A stretch of 64,000 nucleotides of DNA from an uncultured Chloroflexia bacterium (GTDB taxonomy: Bacteria; Chloroflexota; Dehalococcoidia; UBA2979), in assembly GCA_963728205.1 (NCBI GenBank), contig CAVSIV010000001.1, positions 1,088,001 to 1,152,000 of the forward strand, written 5' to 3'. Positions within the stretch are counted from its first letter, which is position 1. Each line of letters opens with the position of its first letter. Shown piece by piece: positions 18,249 through 28,373 of this stretch. The notes beneath the pieces were generated by a model, which was not told the DNA's origin, ran no database searches, and worked only from the letters and a program-made list of their open reading frames with translations. A program made the translations under genes and the position numbers.

Positions 18249-19960
18249 TCCCACTCGATGGTCCCCGGCGGCTTCGAGGTGATGTCGTACACAACGCGGT
18301 TCACCTCGGGCACCTCGTTCACGATGCGGCTCGAGATCGTCGCGAGCAGGTCGTAGGGGAGGCGCGCCCAGTCGGCGGTCATCGCGTCCTGCGCGGTCAC
18401 GAAGCGCAGCGCGACGCACGAGCCGTACGTCCGGAAGTCGCCCTGCACGCCGACGGTCTTGGTGTCGGTCAGCACCGCGAAGGACTGCCAGAGGTCGTAG
18501 TACACGTCGGCCCGCTTGATCTCGTCCATCACGATCCAGTCGGCGCGGCGCAGGATGTCGAGCTTGTCGCGCGTTACCTCGCCGATCACGCGGATCGCGA
18601 GGCCGGGCCCGGGGAATGGCTGGCGGTAGACCATCTCGTCGGGGAGGCCCAGTTCCTTGCCGACGCGCCGTACCTCGTCCTTGAACAGGTTGCGCAGCGG
18701 CTCGATCAGCGTGAGCTTCATGTCCTTCGGCAGGCCGCCGACGTTGTGGTGCGTCTTGATCTTCGCGGCCGCCGAGTTGCCGGTGGACGCCGACTCGATC
18801 ACGTCGGGGTAGGTCGTGCCCTGCGCGATGAAGTCGACCTGGCCGAGCGAGCGCGCTTCCGCCTCGAACACGCGGATGAACGTCTCGCCGATGCGCTTGC
18901 GCTTCGTCTCGGGGTTCGTGACCTCGGCGAGCTGCTCGAGGAAGCGGTCGGTCGAGTCGACGTGGCGCAGGTTGATCGCCATGTGTTCGCGGAAGGTGTT
19001 GACGACGCGTTCGGGCTCGCCGAGCCGGAGCAGGCCGTTGTCGACGAAGATGCACGTCAGCTGGTCGCCGACCGCGCGGTGCACGAGCGCGGCGGCCACC
19101 GCGGAGTCGACGCCGCCGGACAGAGCGCAGATCACGAGCCCGTCGCCGACGCTCCGGCGGATGTTCTCGACCGTCTCATCGATGAAGCTCGTGGCCGTCC
19201 AGTCGGGCGCGAGGCCGGCGACCTCGAAGAGGAAGTTCCGGATCAGCTGATCGCCCTGCGGCGTGTGCACGACCTCGGGGTGGAACTGGATGCCGAGGTG
19301 GCCCTGGTCGTCCGCCATCACCGCGATCGGCGCGTTCTGCGACTGGGCGACGACGCGGAAGCCGGGCGGCAGCGCCTCGATGCGGTCGCCGTGCGACATC
19401 CACACTGGCATCTCGTGCGGCAGATCGTGGAACAGCGGGTTCGCCGATTCCGCGACCTGGAGCATCGCGTGGCCGTACTCGCGGCTCTGCGCGGGCGCGA
19501 CACGGCCGCCGAGCACGTGGGTGAGCAGCTGCATGCCGTAGCAGATGCCGAGGACGGGGACGCCGGAGTTGATGACATAAGACGGGAGCGTGGGCGCGCC
19601 GTCCGTGTAGACGGAGGCGGGGCCGCCCGACAGCACGAAGGCGCGCACGTTGAGGTGGTTGAGCGCGCTGGCGGGGGCGTCCCAGGGAATCAGCTCGGAG
19701 TACACGTTCGCCTCGCGGATGCGGCGGGCGATCAGCATTGAGAACTGCGAGCCGTAATCGAGCACGACGACGGCGTTGGGCGCGTTCGGGGCGGGGGTGA
19801 GGACCTGGCCGGGCTCGCGACGCTCGGCAATCTCGAGGTAGGTCGAGACCTCGTTGTCGCCGGAGGTACGGACGCGCGCGGCTTCGCTCTCGATGCTCGG
19901 CGGGGAAGCGTCCACTTGCGCCCTGCCCGCGGAGGGGAGGACGTCGGGCGAGTCGACCAT
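18245..19960 (-). CDS. guaA: GMP synthase (glutamine-hydrolysing), with N-terminal extension
   Basis: [55 protein letters not shown] motifs. Confidence 0.97.
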   Translation of the reverse strand: MVDSPDVLPSAGRAQVDASPPSIESEAARVRTSGDNEVSTYLEIAERREPGQVLTPAPNAPNAVVVLDYGSQFSMLIARRIREANVYSELIPWDAPASALNHLNVRAFVLSGGPASVYTDGAPTLPSYVINSGVPVLGICYGMQLLTHVLGGRVAPAQSREYGHAMLQVAESANPLFHDLPHEMPVWMSHGDRIEALPPGFRVVAQSQNAPIAVMADDQGHLGIQFHPEVVHTPQGDQLIRNFLFEVAGLAPDWTATSFIDETVENIRRSVGDGLVICALSGGVDSAVAAALVHRAVGDQLTCIFVDNGLLRLGEPERVVNTFREHMAINLRHVDSTDRFLEQLAEVTNPETKRKRIGETFIRVFEAEARSLGQVDFIAQGTTYPDVIESASTGNSAAAKIKTHHNVGGLPKDMKLTLIEPLRNLFKDEVRRVGKELGLPDEMVYRQPFPGPGLAIRVIGEVTRDKLDILRRADWIVMDEIKRADVYYDLWQSFAVLTDTKTVGVQGDFRTYGSCVALRFVTAQDAMTADWARLPYDLLATISSRIVNEVPEVNRVVYDITSKPPGTIEWE

Positions 19961-20089
19961 GTCGCTGCCTGATCCGGGGAGTGATGCGCCGCTAGGTGGG
20001 CATCGTATCGGCGGCTATAGTGGCGGTCAACGCGAACGGCCGAAACGGAGCAGGTACGTGATCGAATTGCGCCGGGCGGGCGCACGCTG

Positions 20090-20692
20090 ATGCCGATCGT
20101 GGGCCCGGACCGCATCGACGAGGTGGTCGCGAAGCTGCTCGACGGCGGCGTGGCCGCCATCCCCACCGACACCGTGTACGGCGTAGCCGCGCTCCCCACG
20201 CGGGCCGACGCCGTGCGCGCGCTGGCGCACCTCAAGGGGCGCGACGAGCAGCAACCGGTCGCCGTGCTGTTCGACTCCGGCGGCGCGCTCGCGCCGTTCC
20301 TCGAGGACGCCGAGGCGCTCGACCGCGTCATGCGCTTCTGGCCGGGCGCGCTGACGGCGATCGTGCGCGCGCGGGTCGACGGCGGCCTCGCGCCGGCGGT
20401 CGCGACGGAGGCGGGGACGATCGGCGTGCGCAAGCCGGACGACCAGGTCGCGCGCCTCGTGATCCGCTCCTGCGGCGGGCTGCTGGCAGTGACGAGCGCC
20501 AACCGCCACGGCGCCGCGCCGGCGACGTCGGCGGAGGAGGTGGCCGCGATCTTCGGCCCGGAGCTGCTCGTGCTCGACGGCGGGCCGCGGCCGGGCGGCA
20601 CGGCGTCGACGGTGGTCGACATCAGCGTCGACCCGCCGCGCATCCTCCGCGAGGGCCCGATCACGGCGGAAGAGCTGGGGATTGAACCGTAG
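20090..20692 (+). CDS. tsaC: L-threonylcarbamoyladenylate synthase (YrdC-type)
   Basis: PTDTVYG, KGR, FWPGALT, TSANRHG, STVVD, LREG motifs. Confidence 0.93.
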   Translation: MPIVGPDRIDEVVAKLLDGGVAAIPTDTVYGVAALPTRADAVRALAHLKGRDEQQPVAVLFDSGGALAPFLEDAEALDRVMRFWPGALTAIVRARVDGGLAPAVATEAGTIGVRKPDDQVARLVIRSCGGLLAVTSANRHGAAPATSAEEVAAIFGPELLVLDGGPRPGGTASTVVDISVDPPRILREGPITAEELGIEP

Positions 20693-20727
20693 GGACGACG
20701 ACCGGCCAGTGACGGCCCGTCGCCGGA

Positions 20728-21484
20728 CCGACGGCGAGCGGAGGGCGTGCCGCCCTCCGACTCAATCCACGCTGATCAACCACCCCCGGTCGAGGCTGGG
20801 CGCATGCCAGGTCTTCAGTGGTTCGTGCTGGGAGAGAACGTACCGAATGCCCGCGATGAGATGCTCCTCACCTCGGAGCACGCGCCGCGATCCTGATTGC
20901 GTCCACCAACGCCCGTTCGGAGGACGTGCCGTGGCCGCATTGAGCGCCCTGCTGCTGTAGCTCTTGAAGTCGCGCAGGAGCGTCGCGGGATCCGGATCAC
21001 CTTGGACGCCAACCACCAGGTGGACGTGGTTGCGCATGATCGCGACCGCGATCAGCTCCCACCCGCGGATGCCCGCTGTGATCTGGAACTGGCGCAGGGT
21101 GATCATGGCGTCGCGGCGACTGAGCCAGATCGGCGGCGCCTTCATTCGCGCGCGGGAGGCTCGCTCGAGCCTGGGCGCCGCGTCTCGCATCGGCGTCCCC
21201 GGAACGTTCAGCCATTCCTGTCGGCCGTCGGCGTCGCGTGAGCGCCCGATGAACCCCCGCTCGTCGCCGGGGAGCCACGTGCCGTACGTCGTCCAGGTGA
21301 GGAGCCAGTAGCGATCCACGGACGGAAGGTAGGTCGCGCGTCTGCACGAGCAATCAGGTACCCGTGGGTCTGCGGGTGGCCCGGGCAGAGTCTGCGGGTG
21401 GGCCGGGTCAGAGGTTGCGGGTGCAGAGGTTGCAGGTGGTCCGGGGCAGAGTCGGAAGGCGACACGCCTTCCGCTCGCCGTCGG
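20728..21484. mobile_element. REPtron-like element: Y1 transposase between 36-bp inverted REP hairpins
   Basis: 20728-20763 and 21449-21484 are inverted copies (33/36 identical) with a compensatory stem change. Confidence 0.8.
20762..21319 (-). CDS. Y1 HUH transposase (IS200-like/RAYT)
   Basis: LLTWTTYGTWLPGD, MRNHVHLVV (HUH), KSYSSRAL, WWT and IRYV (catalytic Tyr) motifs; probable leaderless GTG 6 nt after TACCTT. Confidence 0.88.
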   Translation of the reverse strand: MDRYWLLTWTTYGTWLPGDERGFIGRSRDADGRQEWLNVPGTPMRDAAPRLERASRARMKAPPIWLSRRDAMITLRQFQITAGIRGWELIAVAIMRNHVHLVVGVQGDPDPATLLRDFKSYSSRALNAATARPPNGRWWTQSGSRRVLRGEEHLIAGIRYVLSQHEPLKTWHAPSLDRGWLISVD

Positions 21485-21573
21485 CGGGGAGAGGGCGGCC
21501 GGTCGCGCGCCCGTGTCCGGCACGTCGGGTACGATGCCGCCGTCACCCACCGACTCCCCGCCGGAGGACACGC

Positions 21574-22080
21574 ATGCGCATCGCGATCGGGAGCGATCAC
21601 GCCGGATTCGCCCTCAAGCAGCTCCTGGTCGAGGAGCTGCGCGCCCTCGGCGACGACGTCGCCGATTACGGCACGCACTCCGAGGAGTCGTGCGATTACC
21701 CGGACATCGCCATCCCGCTCGCGCGCGACGTCGCGGCCGGCGGGTTGGACTTCGGCGTGCTGATCTGTTCGAACGGCGTCGGCCCGTCGATCGTCGCGAA
21801 CAAGCAGCACGGCATCCGCGCCGCGCTCTGCCACGACGTCTTCTCGGCGCGGCGCGCGCGCGAGCACACCGATGCGAACGTGCTCTGCATGGGCGCGTGG
21901 GCCATCGGTCGCGGCGCGGCCTCCGAGGTGCTGCGGGCGTTCCGCGCGGCCGCCTTCGAGGGCGGCCGCCACGAGCGGCGGCTCGGCAAGCTCCGCGCGT
22001 TCGATGACGCCACCCGCGGCGACGTGTCCGCGCCCGTGCCCGCGGCGAGCCATGCCGCCCCCGCCGCCGTCGAGGCGTGA
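21574..22080 (+). CDS. rpiB: Ribose-5-phosphate isomerase B
   Basis: IGSDHAG, DYPD, CSNGVG, ANK, FEGGRHERR motifs; SD GGAGG. Confidence 0.95.
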   Translation: MRIAIGSDHAGFALKQLLVEELRALGDDVADYGTHSEESCDYPDIAIPLARDVAAGGLDFGVLICSNGVGPSIVANKQHGIRAALCHDVFSARRAREHTDANVLCMGAWAIGRGAASEVLRAFRAAAFEGGRHERRLGKLRAFDDATRGDVSAPVPAASHAAPAAVEA

Positions 22081-24524
22081 GCATGTTGCGCGGCGCGCCC
22101 CCGGCGGGCGGCGCGTCCGCGCGCGCGGCCCGCGCCGTCTCCGATCTCGTGCGCGCCACGCGTGCCGGTGCCGACGTCGCCCGCGCCGCGCGCATCGCGA
22201 TCACCCACGGCGCGCATCCGCACGTCGCCGGCCGCCTGCGCGTCCACGGCCTCGACGCGCCCGTCGAGGTGTTGCGCGACCGCTTCGGCGTCCCGCACGT
22301 CTTTGCGCGCAGCGATGCCGACGCGCTCTTCGGCCAGGGCTTCGTGCACGCGCAGGACCGGCTGTTCCAGATGGACTCGATGCGTCGCCTCGCCGCGGGC
22401 ACGCTGGCGGCAGCGGCCGGCCGGGCGCTGCTCGAGAGCGATCGCTTCATGCGCCGGCTGGGGCTCGCACACCGCGCGGAGGCGGATATCGCCGCCGCAG
22501 CGCCGCCCGCGCGTGCGCTGCTCGAGGCCTACGCCGCCGGCGTGAACGCCGGCGTGGCCACGCTTCCGTCGCTGCCCCCGGAGTTCGCGCTGCTCGGCGA
22601 CCCCGCGCCGTGGCTGCCCGCGGACAGCATGCTCGTCGGGCGGCTCGTCACCTTCGGCTTCGCCGGCAACTGGGACACGGAGCTGCTCCGCGAGCGCTTG
22701 CTGCGCACGCTCGGCGCGCGCCGAGCCGCCGCGGTCGACCCCGCCTACCCAGCGGGCCGCGCCACCCACGTCGGCGCGCCGTCGCGCAGCGGCGTCGACC
22801 GCCTGCTCGCGGCGTATGAGGCCGCCGTCGCGGCCGGCCTGCCGGCGGGCGGCGCGTCGAACGCGTGGGCCGTGGCCGGCGCCCGCACGACCTCCGGCGC
22901 CCCATTGCTCGCCGGCGACCCGCACCTCGAGACACGCCTCCCCGGGCTCTTCCACGTCTCGCACATCGCGGGGGGCGCCATCGACGCGGCCGGCGCGGAC
23001 ATCGCGGGCGTCTGCGGGATCGCGCTCGGCCACAATCGCTCGCTCGCCTGGAGCATCACCGCCGGCATGGCCGACGTCTCCGACTGCTACGTGGAGACCC
23101 TCGACCCCGATGACCCCGAACGCTACCTCGCGCCCGACGGCTGGCGGCGCGGCGAGGTGCGCGTCGAGCGCATCGGCGTGCGCGGCGCGGCGCCGGTCGA
23201 GGAGCGCGTGCTCGTGACGCGCCACGGCCCCGTCGTCGGCCCGGCGCTCGCCGGCGAGGACCGCGCCGTCGCGCTGCGGTCGACCGCGCTCGAGGCCGGC
23301 GACATCCTCGCGCCGTTCCTCGACGCCTGGCGCGCCGAGCGGGTCGAGGACTTCGCGGCGGCGCTCGACCGCTGGCCGGGCGCGACGTTCAACTGGGTCT
23401 TCGCGCATCGCGACGGGCACATCGGCTACCGGCTCGCCGGCGCCGTGCCGCGCCGGCCGCGCGGCGCCGGGCTGCTCCCGCAGGACGGCGCCACCTCGCC
23501 CGGCCCGCCGCCGGCGCTGCCGGCCGACGCGCTGCCGCGACGCCTCGACCCCGCGGACGGAATCGTCGTCTCCGCCAACCACGACCCGGGTGGCGACGCC
23601 GTCGCCGACGTCGAGCTCGGCGCCGAGTGGTGCGAGCCGTGGCGCGCCGAGCGCATCCGCTCGCTGGTCGAGGCCCGCGCGCGCCACGACGTCGACTCCT
23701 TCGCCGCCATCCAGCGCGACCTCTTCTCCGGCCCGCTCGTCGCCCTGCGCGACCGCCTGCTGGCGCGCGACGCCGTGGCCGATCCGGCCGTGCGCGCGCT
23801 GCTCTCGGCGTGGGACGGTCAGCTCGGCGCCGACAGCGCGGCGGCGGCGGTGCTCGAGACGGTCATCGCGGCGCTGGCGCGCGACCTCGCCACGCGGCTC
23901 GCGGGGCCGGAGGCGGACATCGTGCTCGGACGCGGCATCGGCGGGCTCGCGCCGCAGTCCTCGTTCCACTACCGGCTGCAGGGGTGGGTGCTCGATCGCC
24001 TCGACGATCCGGCCGGCGGCGGATGGGCCTCGGCGGGGCGCGCGGTGGCGGCCGGCGGCGACCCCGCGGTCGCGCGCGACCGCGCGCTGCGCGCCGCCGT
24101 CGATCACGCCATCGAGCAGCTCGAGCAGCGCCTGGGCGCCGACCGCGCGCGATGGGCGTGGGGCGACCTCCATTCGCTGCACCTCGACCACGCGCTGCGC
24201 GCGGTGCCGGGCATCGGCCGCTGGTTCTCGCGCGGGCCGCGGCCGGTCGGCGGGGACGTCAACACGGTGTGCCAGGGCGGCTACAGCCTCGCGGCCGGGG
24301 CCGACGCCGGCGGCTTCACGCCGGCGTACCGGCAGGTCGTCGACCTCGGCGACCTCGACCGCTCGCGCTTCATGCTGCCGACCGGGAACTCGGGCATCCC
24401 CGGCCACCCGCGCTACGACGACTGCATCGACGAGTACCTGGCAGGCCGCACGCGCCCGCTGCTCTTCACGCGCGCCGCGGTCGAGGGCGTGGTCGAGCAC
24501 GCGCTGCTGCTGGAGCCGGCGTGA
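22077..24524 (+). CDS. Penicillin acylase family (Ntn hydrolase)
   Basis: RDRFGVPHV, GFVHAQDRLFQMD, GASNAW (nucleophile Ser), GDPHL, TRHGPV, GNSG motifs; exact start uncertain. Confidence 0.92.
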   Translation: MSMLRGAPPAGGASARAARAVSDLVRATRAGADVARAARIAITHGAHPHVAGRLRVHGLDAPVEVLRDRFGVPHVFARSDADALFGQGFVHAQDRLFQMDSMRRLAAGTLAAAAGRALLESDRFMRRLGLAHRAEADIAAAAPPARALLEAYAAGVNAGVATLPSLPPEFALLGDPAPWLPADSMLVGRLVTFGFAGNWDTELLRERLLRTLGARRAAAVDPAYPAGRATHVGAPSRSGVDRLLAAYEAAVAAGLPAGGASNAWAVAGARTTSGAPLLAGDPHLETRLPGLFHVSHIAGGAIDAAGADIAGVCGIALGHNRSLAWSITAGMADVSDCYVETLDPDDPERYLAPDGWRRGEVRVERIGVRGAAPVEERVLVTRHGPVVGPALAGEDRAVALRSTALEAGDILAPFLDAWRAERVEDFAAALDRWPGATFNWVFAHRDGHIGYRLAGAVPRRPRGAGLLPQDGATSPGPPPALPADALPRRLDPADGIVVSANHDPGGDAVADVELGAEWCEPWRAERIRSLVEARARHDVDSFAAIQRDLFSGPLVALRDRLLARDAVADPAVRALLSAWDGQLGADSAAAAVLETVIAALARDLATRLAGPEADIVLGRGIGGLAPQSSFHYRLQGWVLDRLDDPAGGGWASAGRAVAAGGDPAVARDRALRAAVDHAIEQLEQRLGADRARWAWGDLHSLHLDHALRAVPGIGRWFSRGPRPVGGDVNTVCQGGYSLAAGADAGGFTPAYRQVVDLGDLDRSRFMLPTGNSGIPGHPRYDDCIDEYLAGRTRPLLFTRAAVEGVVEHALLLEPA

Positions 24525-24588
24525 GCGCGCGCCCGACCCGGCGCCCGCGGCGAGCGCCGTCCGCGCGGCGAGGCGAGGAGGCGACGGC

Positions 24589-25659
24589 ATGAGCACGAAC
24601 GACGAGCGCCGTCCGGCGCGCGACGCCGACGGTAGCGAGGATCTCGCGGCGCGCGGCGCCCGCTACCGCCCCGCCGTCGTCGCCGAGATGCGCGCGATCG
24701 TCGGGGACCGCCCGGACGCGCTGTTCGCGTGGATGCGCTACCACCTCGGCTGGGAGGACGCCGACGGCCGCGCGGTCCCGCGCGCCGGCGGGAAGATGAT
24801 GCGGCCCGTCGCGTTGCTGCTCGCGCACGAGCTGTGCGGCGGCGCCGTCGACACCGCGCTGCCGGCCGCCGCGGCCGTTGAGCTCGTCCACAACTTCTCG
24901 TTGCTGCACGACGACGTCGAGGACATGAGCGAGACGCGCCACGGCCGCCCCACGCTGTGGACGTTCGCCGGCGTGCCCCAGGCGATCAACACCGGCGACG
25001 GCATGTTCACCGTCGCCCGGCTCGCGATGTTCCGCCTGCTCGACCGCGGCGTGCCGGCCGAGCGCGTGCTCGCCGCGATGCGCGAGCTGGACGCGACCTG
25101 CCTGCGGCTCGTGCACGGCCAGTCGCTCGACATCGACTTCGAGCGCCGCCACGAGGTGTCGCGCGCGGAGTACCTGGAGATGACGGCCGGCAAGACGGCC
25201 GCGATGTTCTCGGCGCCGTTCGCGCTCGGCGCGATCCTGGCCGGCGCGGCCACCGACCGCGTCGAGGCGTTCCGTCGCTTCGGCCACCACGTCGGGCTCG
25301 CGTTCCAGGCCGTCGACGACGTGCTCGGCATCTGGGGCGACCCCGCGGTGACGGGGAAGCCCGTGGGCGACGACCTGCGCCAGCGCAAGATGACGCTTCC
25401 GGTGATCGCGGCGCTCGCGGCCGGCGACGAGGCCGCCGCGCGCATCGCCGCGGTCTACGCCGGGCCCGGCGGGATGGACGACGACGTGCGCACGCTCGCC
25501 GCGCTCGTGGAGTCGGCTGGCGGCCGCGCCGCCACCGAGGCGCTCGCGCGCGAGGAGATGGCGGCGGCGGTGGGCGCCCTGCGCGACTCCGGGGTGTCGG
25601 GGGCGGACCTGCGGCTCTGCGAGGAGTTTGCAGGGTTGGCGGTGGGTCGCGTTGCCTGA
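24589..25659 (+). CDS. Polyprenyl diphosphate synthase (GGPP/FPP synthase type)
   Basis: GGKMMRP, VHNFSLLHDDVED..RHGRPT, GKTA, FQAVDD, GDDL..K motifs. Confidence 0.93.
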   Translation: MSTNDERRPARDADGSEDLAARGARYRPAVVAEMRAIVGDRPDALFAWMRYHLGWEDADGRAVPRAGGKMMRPVALLLAHELCGGAVDTALPAAAAVELVHNFSLLHDDVEDMSETRHGRPTLWTFAGVPQAINTGDGMFTVARLAMFRLLDRGVPAERVLAAMRELDATCLRLVHGQSLDIDFERRHEVSRAEYLEMTAGKTAAMFSAPFALGAILAGAATDRVEAFRRFGHHVGLAFQAVDDVLGIWGDPAVTGKPVGDDLRQRKMTLPVIAALAAGDEAAARIAAVYAGPGGMDDDVRTLAALVESAGGRAATEALAREEMAAAVGALRDSGVSGADLRLCEEFAGLAVGRVA

Positions 25660-25905
25660 TTGCAGGGGCGCGCTGCGTAGCCTCCTCCGAGACTCGCGTG
25701 CGGTCGTCCGGGGTGGCCCTCCCGGCGGCCGCCGCGCGTTGCCTGCCGCGGGGCGCGCGCCTATCATCACGCCCGCCCGGCTCGCGCGCCCGGCCGCGAT
25801 CGATCGCGTCCGCGGGGCAAAACGGCCGGCATCTGCGCGAGCGACGCCCCTGCCCGCGACGCTGGATCGAACCAACGACTCACGGACTGACCGGTGGCGG
25901 TGCCC

Positions 25906-27108
25906 ATGAAGAAGCAGACGATTCGCGACGTCGACGTCCGGGGCAAGCGCGTCCTGGTGCGCGTCGACTACAACGTGCAGTTCCTCGACGGCGAGCTGCT
26001 CGACGACCATCGTCTCAAGGAATCCGTCCCCACCATCGAGACCCTCTGCTCCGCCGGCGCGAAGGTCATCCTGTGCTCGCACCGCGGCCGCCCCGGCGGC
26101 GAGCGCGTCGCCGAGCTGAGCAACGAACCCGTGGCGCAGCACCTCTCGATGCTCGCCGGCCGCCCGGTCGCGTTCGTGAGCGAGTGCATCGGCCCGAAGG
26201 CCGAGGCCGCCGTCGCCGAGATGGCGGACGGCGACGTCCTCCTGCTGGAGAACCTGCGGTTCCACCAGGAGGAGGAGGCGAATGACGACGGGTTCGCGCA
26301 GCAGCTCGCGAAGCTCGCCGACATCTACGTCGACGACGCCTTCGGCACCGCGCACCGCGCGCACGCGTCAATCGTCGGCGTGCCGAAGCACATCCCCGGC
26401 GTCGCCGGCCTGCTGCTCGAGCGCGAGGTGGACTACCTCTCGGAGAAGACGCAGCACCCGGAGCGGCCGTTCGCGCTGGTGCTCGGCGGGGCGAAGGTTG
26501 CCGACAAGATCGGCATCCTCCAGCACCTCTCGAAGAACGCCGACGTCGTGCTGATCGGCGGCGGCGTCGCGAACACGTTCCTCAAGGCGCAGGGCATCGA
26601 CGTCGCGGCCTCGCTCGTCGAGAACGACCGCATCGACACCGCCATCGAGGTGATGCGCAACGCCGCGAAGAACGGCATGCGCCTCGTGCTCCCGCGCGAC
26701 GTCGTCATCGCGGACGCCCAGGGCGACAACGTGCGCACGGTCTCCGTGAACCGCGTGCCGCCGGGCTTCCGCATCCTCGACGTCGGCGAGAACACGCTCG
26801 ACGACTTCCGCGCGGTGCTGCAGGAGGCGCGGACGGTCGTGTGGAACGGTCCGCTCGGCTTCTTCGAACGTGAGCCGTTCGACCACGGGTCGCTGGAGCT
26901 CGCGCACATGCTCGGCGCGATCAAGGCGACGACGATCGTCGGCGGCGGCGAGACCGCCGCGGCGGTGGCCCGCGCCGGCATGAGCGGCGAGGTCTCGCAC
27001 GTGTCGACGGGCGGCGGCGCCTCGCTCGCGATGCTGCAGGGTGAGACGCTGCCGGGCGTGGCGATCCTGATGGACGTCGCCGAACCCGCCGCCGCCCCGA
27101 AGCGATAA
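25906..27108 (+). CDS. pgk: Phosphoglycerate kinase
   Basis: RVLVRVDYNV, SHRGRP, LLENLRF, DAFGTAHRAHAS, WNGPLG, VSTGGGASL motifs. Confidence 0.97.
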   Translation: MKKQTIRDVDVRGKRVLVRVDYNVQFLDGELLDDHRLKESVPTIETLCSAGAKVILCSHRGRPGGERVAELSNEPVAQHLSMLAGRPVAFVSECIGPKAEAAVAEMADGDVLLLENLRFHQEEEANDDGFAQQLAKLADIYVDDAFGTAHRAHASIVGVPKHIPGVAGLLLEREVDYLSEKTQHPERPFALVLGGAKVADKIGILQHLSKNADVVLIGGGVANTFLKAQGIDVAASLVENDRIDTAIEVMRNAAKNGMRLVLPRDVVIADAQGDNVRTVSVNRVPPGFRILDVGENTLDDFRAVLQEARTVVWNGPLGFFEREPFDHGSLELAHMLGAIKATTIVGGGETAAAVARAGMSGEVSHVSTGGGASLAMLQGETLPGVAILMDVAEPAAAPKR

Positions 27109-27115
27109 GGCCACG

Positions 27116-28315
27116 ATGCAGCTCGACCTGATCCGCCGCCTCTCGATCCCCGGCGACAGCAAAGTCGTGCTCTGCGTACTCGACGGCCTGGGCGGCCTGC
27201 CCGGCCCGCGCGCCCGCACGGAGCTCGAGGAGGCGCGCACCGACAACCTCGACCGCCTCGCCGAGCACGGCACGCTCGGGCTCACGATCCCCGTCGCGCC
27301 CGGCATCACGCCCGGCTCCGGTCCCGGCCACATGGCGCTCTTCGGCTATGACCCGATCGAGTACGACATCGGGCGCGGCGTCCTCGAGGCCACCGGCATC
27401 GACTTCGCGCTCGAGCCGAACGACCTCGCCGCGCGCGGCAACCTGTGCACGGTCGACGCCGACGGCAAGATCACCGATCGCCGCGCGGGCCGCGTTGCGA
27501 CCGAGATCACGGCCGAGATCGCCGAGCGGCTGCGCGCCATCGAGCTCCCCGGCGTGCAGGTGTTCGTGGAGCCGGTGAAGGAGCACCGCTTCGTGCTCGT
27601 GCTGCGCGGCGAGGGGCTGTCGCCGGCGCTGACCGAGACCGACCCCCAGGCCGAGGGCGTCGCGCCGCTGGCCTGCGAGGCGACCGCGCCCGACGCACAG
27701 CCGACCGCGGACCTCGTCAACCAGTTCATGGCGAAGGCGCGCGAGCTGCTCGCCGACCGCGACCACGCGAACGCGCTGACGCTGCGCGGGTGGGCGAAGC
27801 GGCCGTCGCTGCCGCAGCTGCCCGAGCTGTGGAAGCTGCGGGCCGCCGCCGTGACCGTCTACCCGATGTACCGCGGGCTCGCACGCCTCGTCGGCATGCA
27901 GGCGCTGCCCGGCGGCGACGACATCCGCGTGGAGTTTGCGGCGGTGCGCGACCACTGGGACGACTTCGACTTCTTCTTCGTGCACTTCAAGAACACCGAC
28001 AGCGCGGGCGAAGACGGCGACTTCCGTCGCAAGTCGCTCGCGATCGGGGAGTTCGATGCGGCGCTGCCGGAGCTGCTCCGCCTGCGGCCGGACGTGCTGG
28101 TGATCGCCGGCGACCACTCGACGCCGGCGGTGATGGCCGCGCACTCCTGGCACCCCGTACCGCTGCTGATGAGCGGCCGCAACGTGCGGGTCGACGACAC
28201 GCTCCAGTTCAGCGAGCAGCAGTGTGCGCGCGGCGGGCTCGGCACGTTCGCGGCGCGCGACGTGCTCCCGCTCGCGTTCGCGCACGCGGGGCGCCTGGCG
28301 AAGTACGGCGCCTGA
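27116..28315 (+). CDS. apgM: BPG-independent phosphoglycerate mutase, archaeal type
   Basis: VLDGLGG, TPGSGPGH, GRGVLEA, HFKNTDSAGEDG, GDHSTP, HSWHPVP motifs. Confidence 0.93.
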   Translation: MQLDLIRRLSIPGDSKVVLCVLDGLGGLPGPRARTELEEARTDNLDRLAEHGTLGLTIPVAPGITPGSGPGHMALFGYDPIEYDIGRGVLEATGIDFALEPNDLAARGNLCTVDADGKITDRRAGRVATEITAEIAERLRAIELPGVQVFVEPVKEHRFVLVLRGEGLSPALTETDPQAEGVAPLACEATAPDAQPTADLVNQFMAKARELLADRDHANALTLRGWAKRPSLPQLPELWKLRAAAVTVYPMYRGLARLVGMQALPGGDDIRVEFAAVRDHWDDFDFFFVHFKNTDSAGEDGDFRRKSLAIGEFDAALPELLRLRPDVLVIAGDHSTPAVMAAHSWHPVPLLMSGRNVRVDDTLQFSEQQCARGGLGTFAARDVLPLAFAHAGRLAKYGA

Positions 28316-28373
28316 CGGAGCGTCGCGCCGCGGGCGCGCGCTCGCGCGTCCGCCCGGAGGAAGGCGGCCGCAC

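Noticed and set aside
20762-21319. IS200/IS605 element with TnpB/omegaRNA
   Set aside because: No tnpB or iscB adjacent; flanks are inverted REP-like hairpins
25660-25905. Structured leader upstream of pgk
   Set aside because: Only generic GC-rich pairing, no recognisable motif
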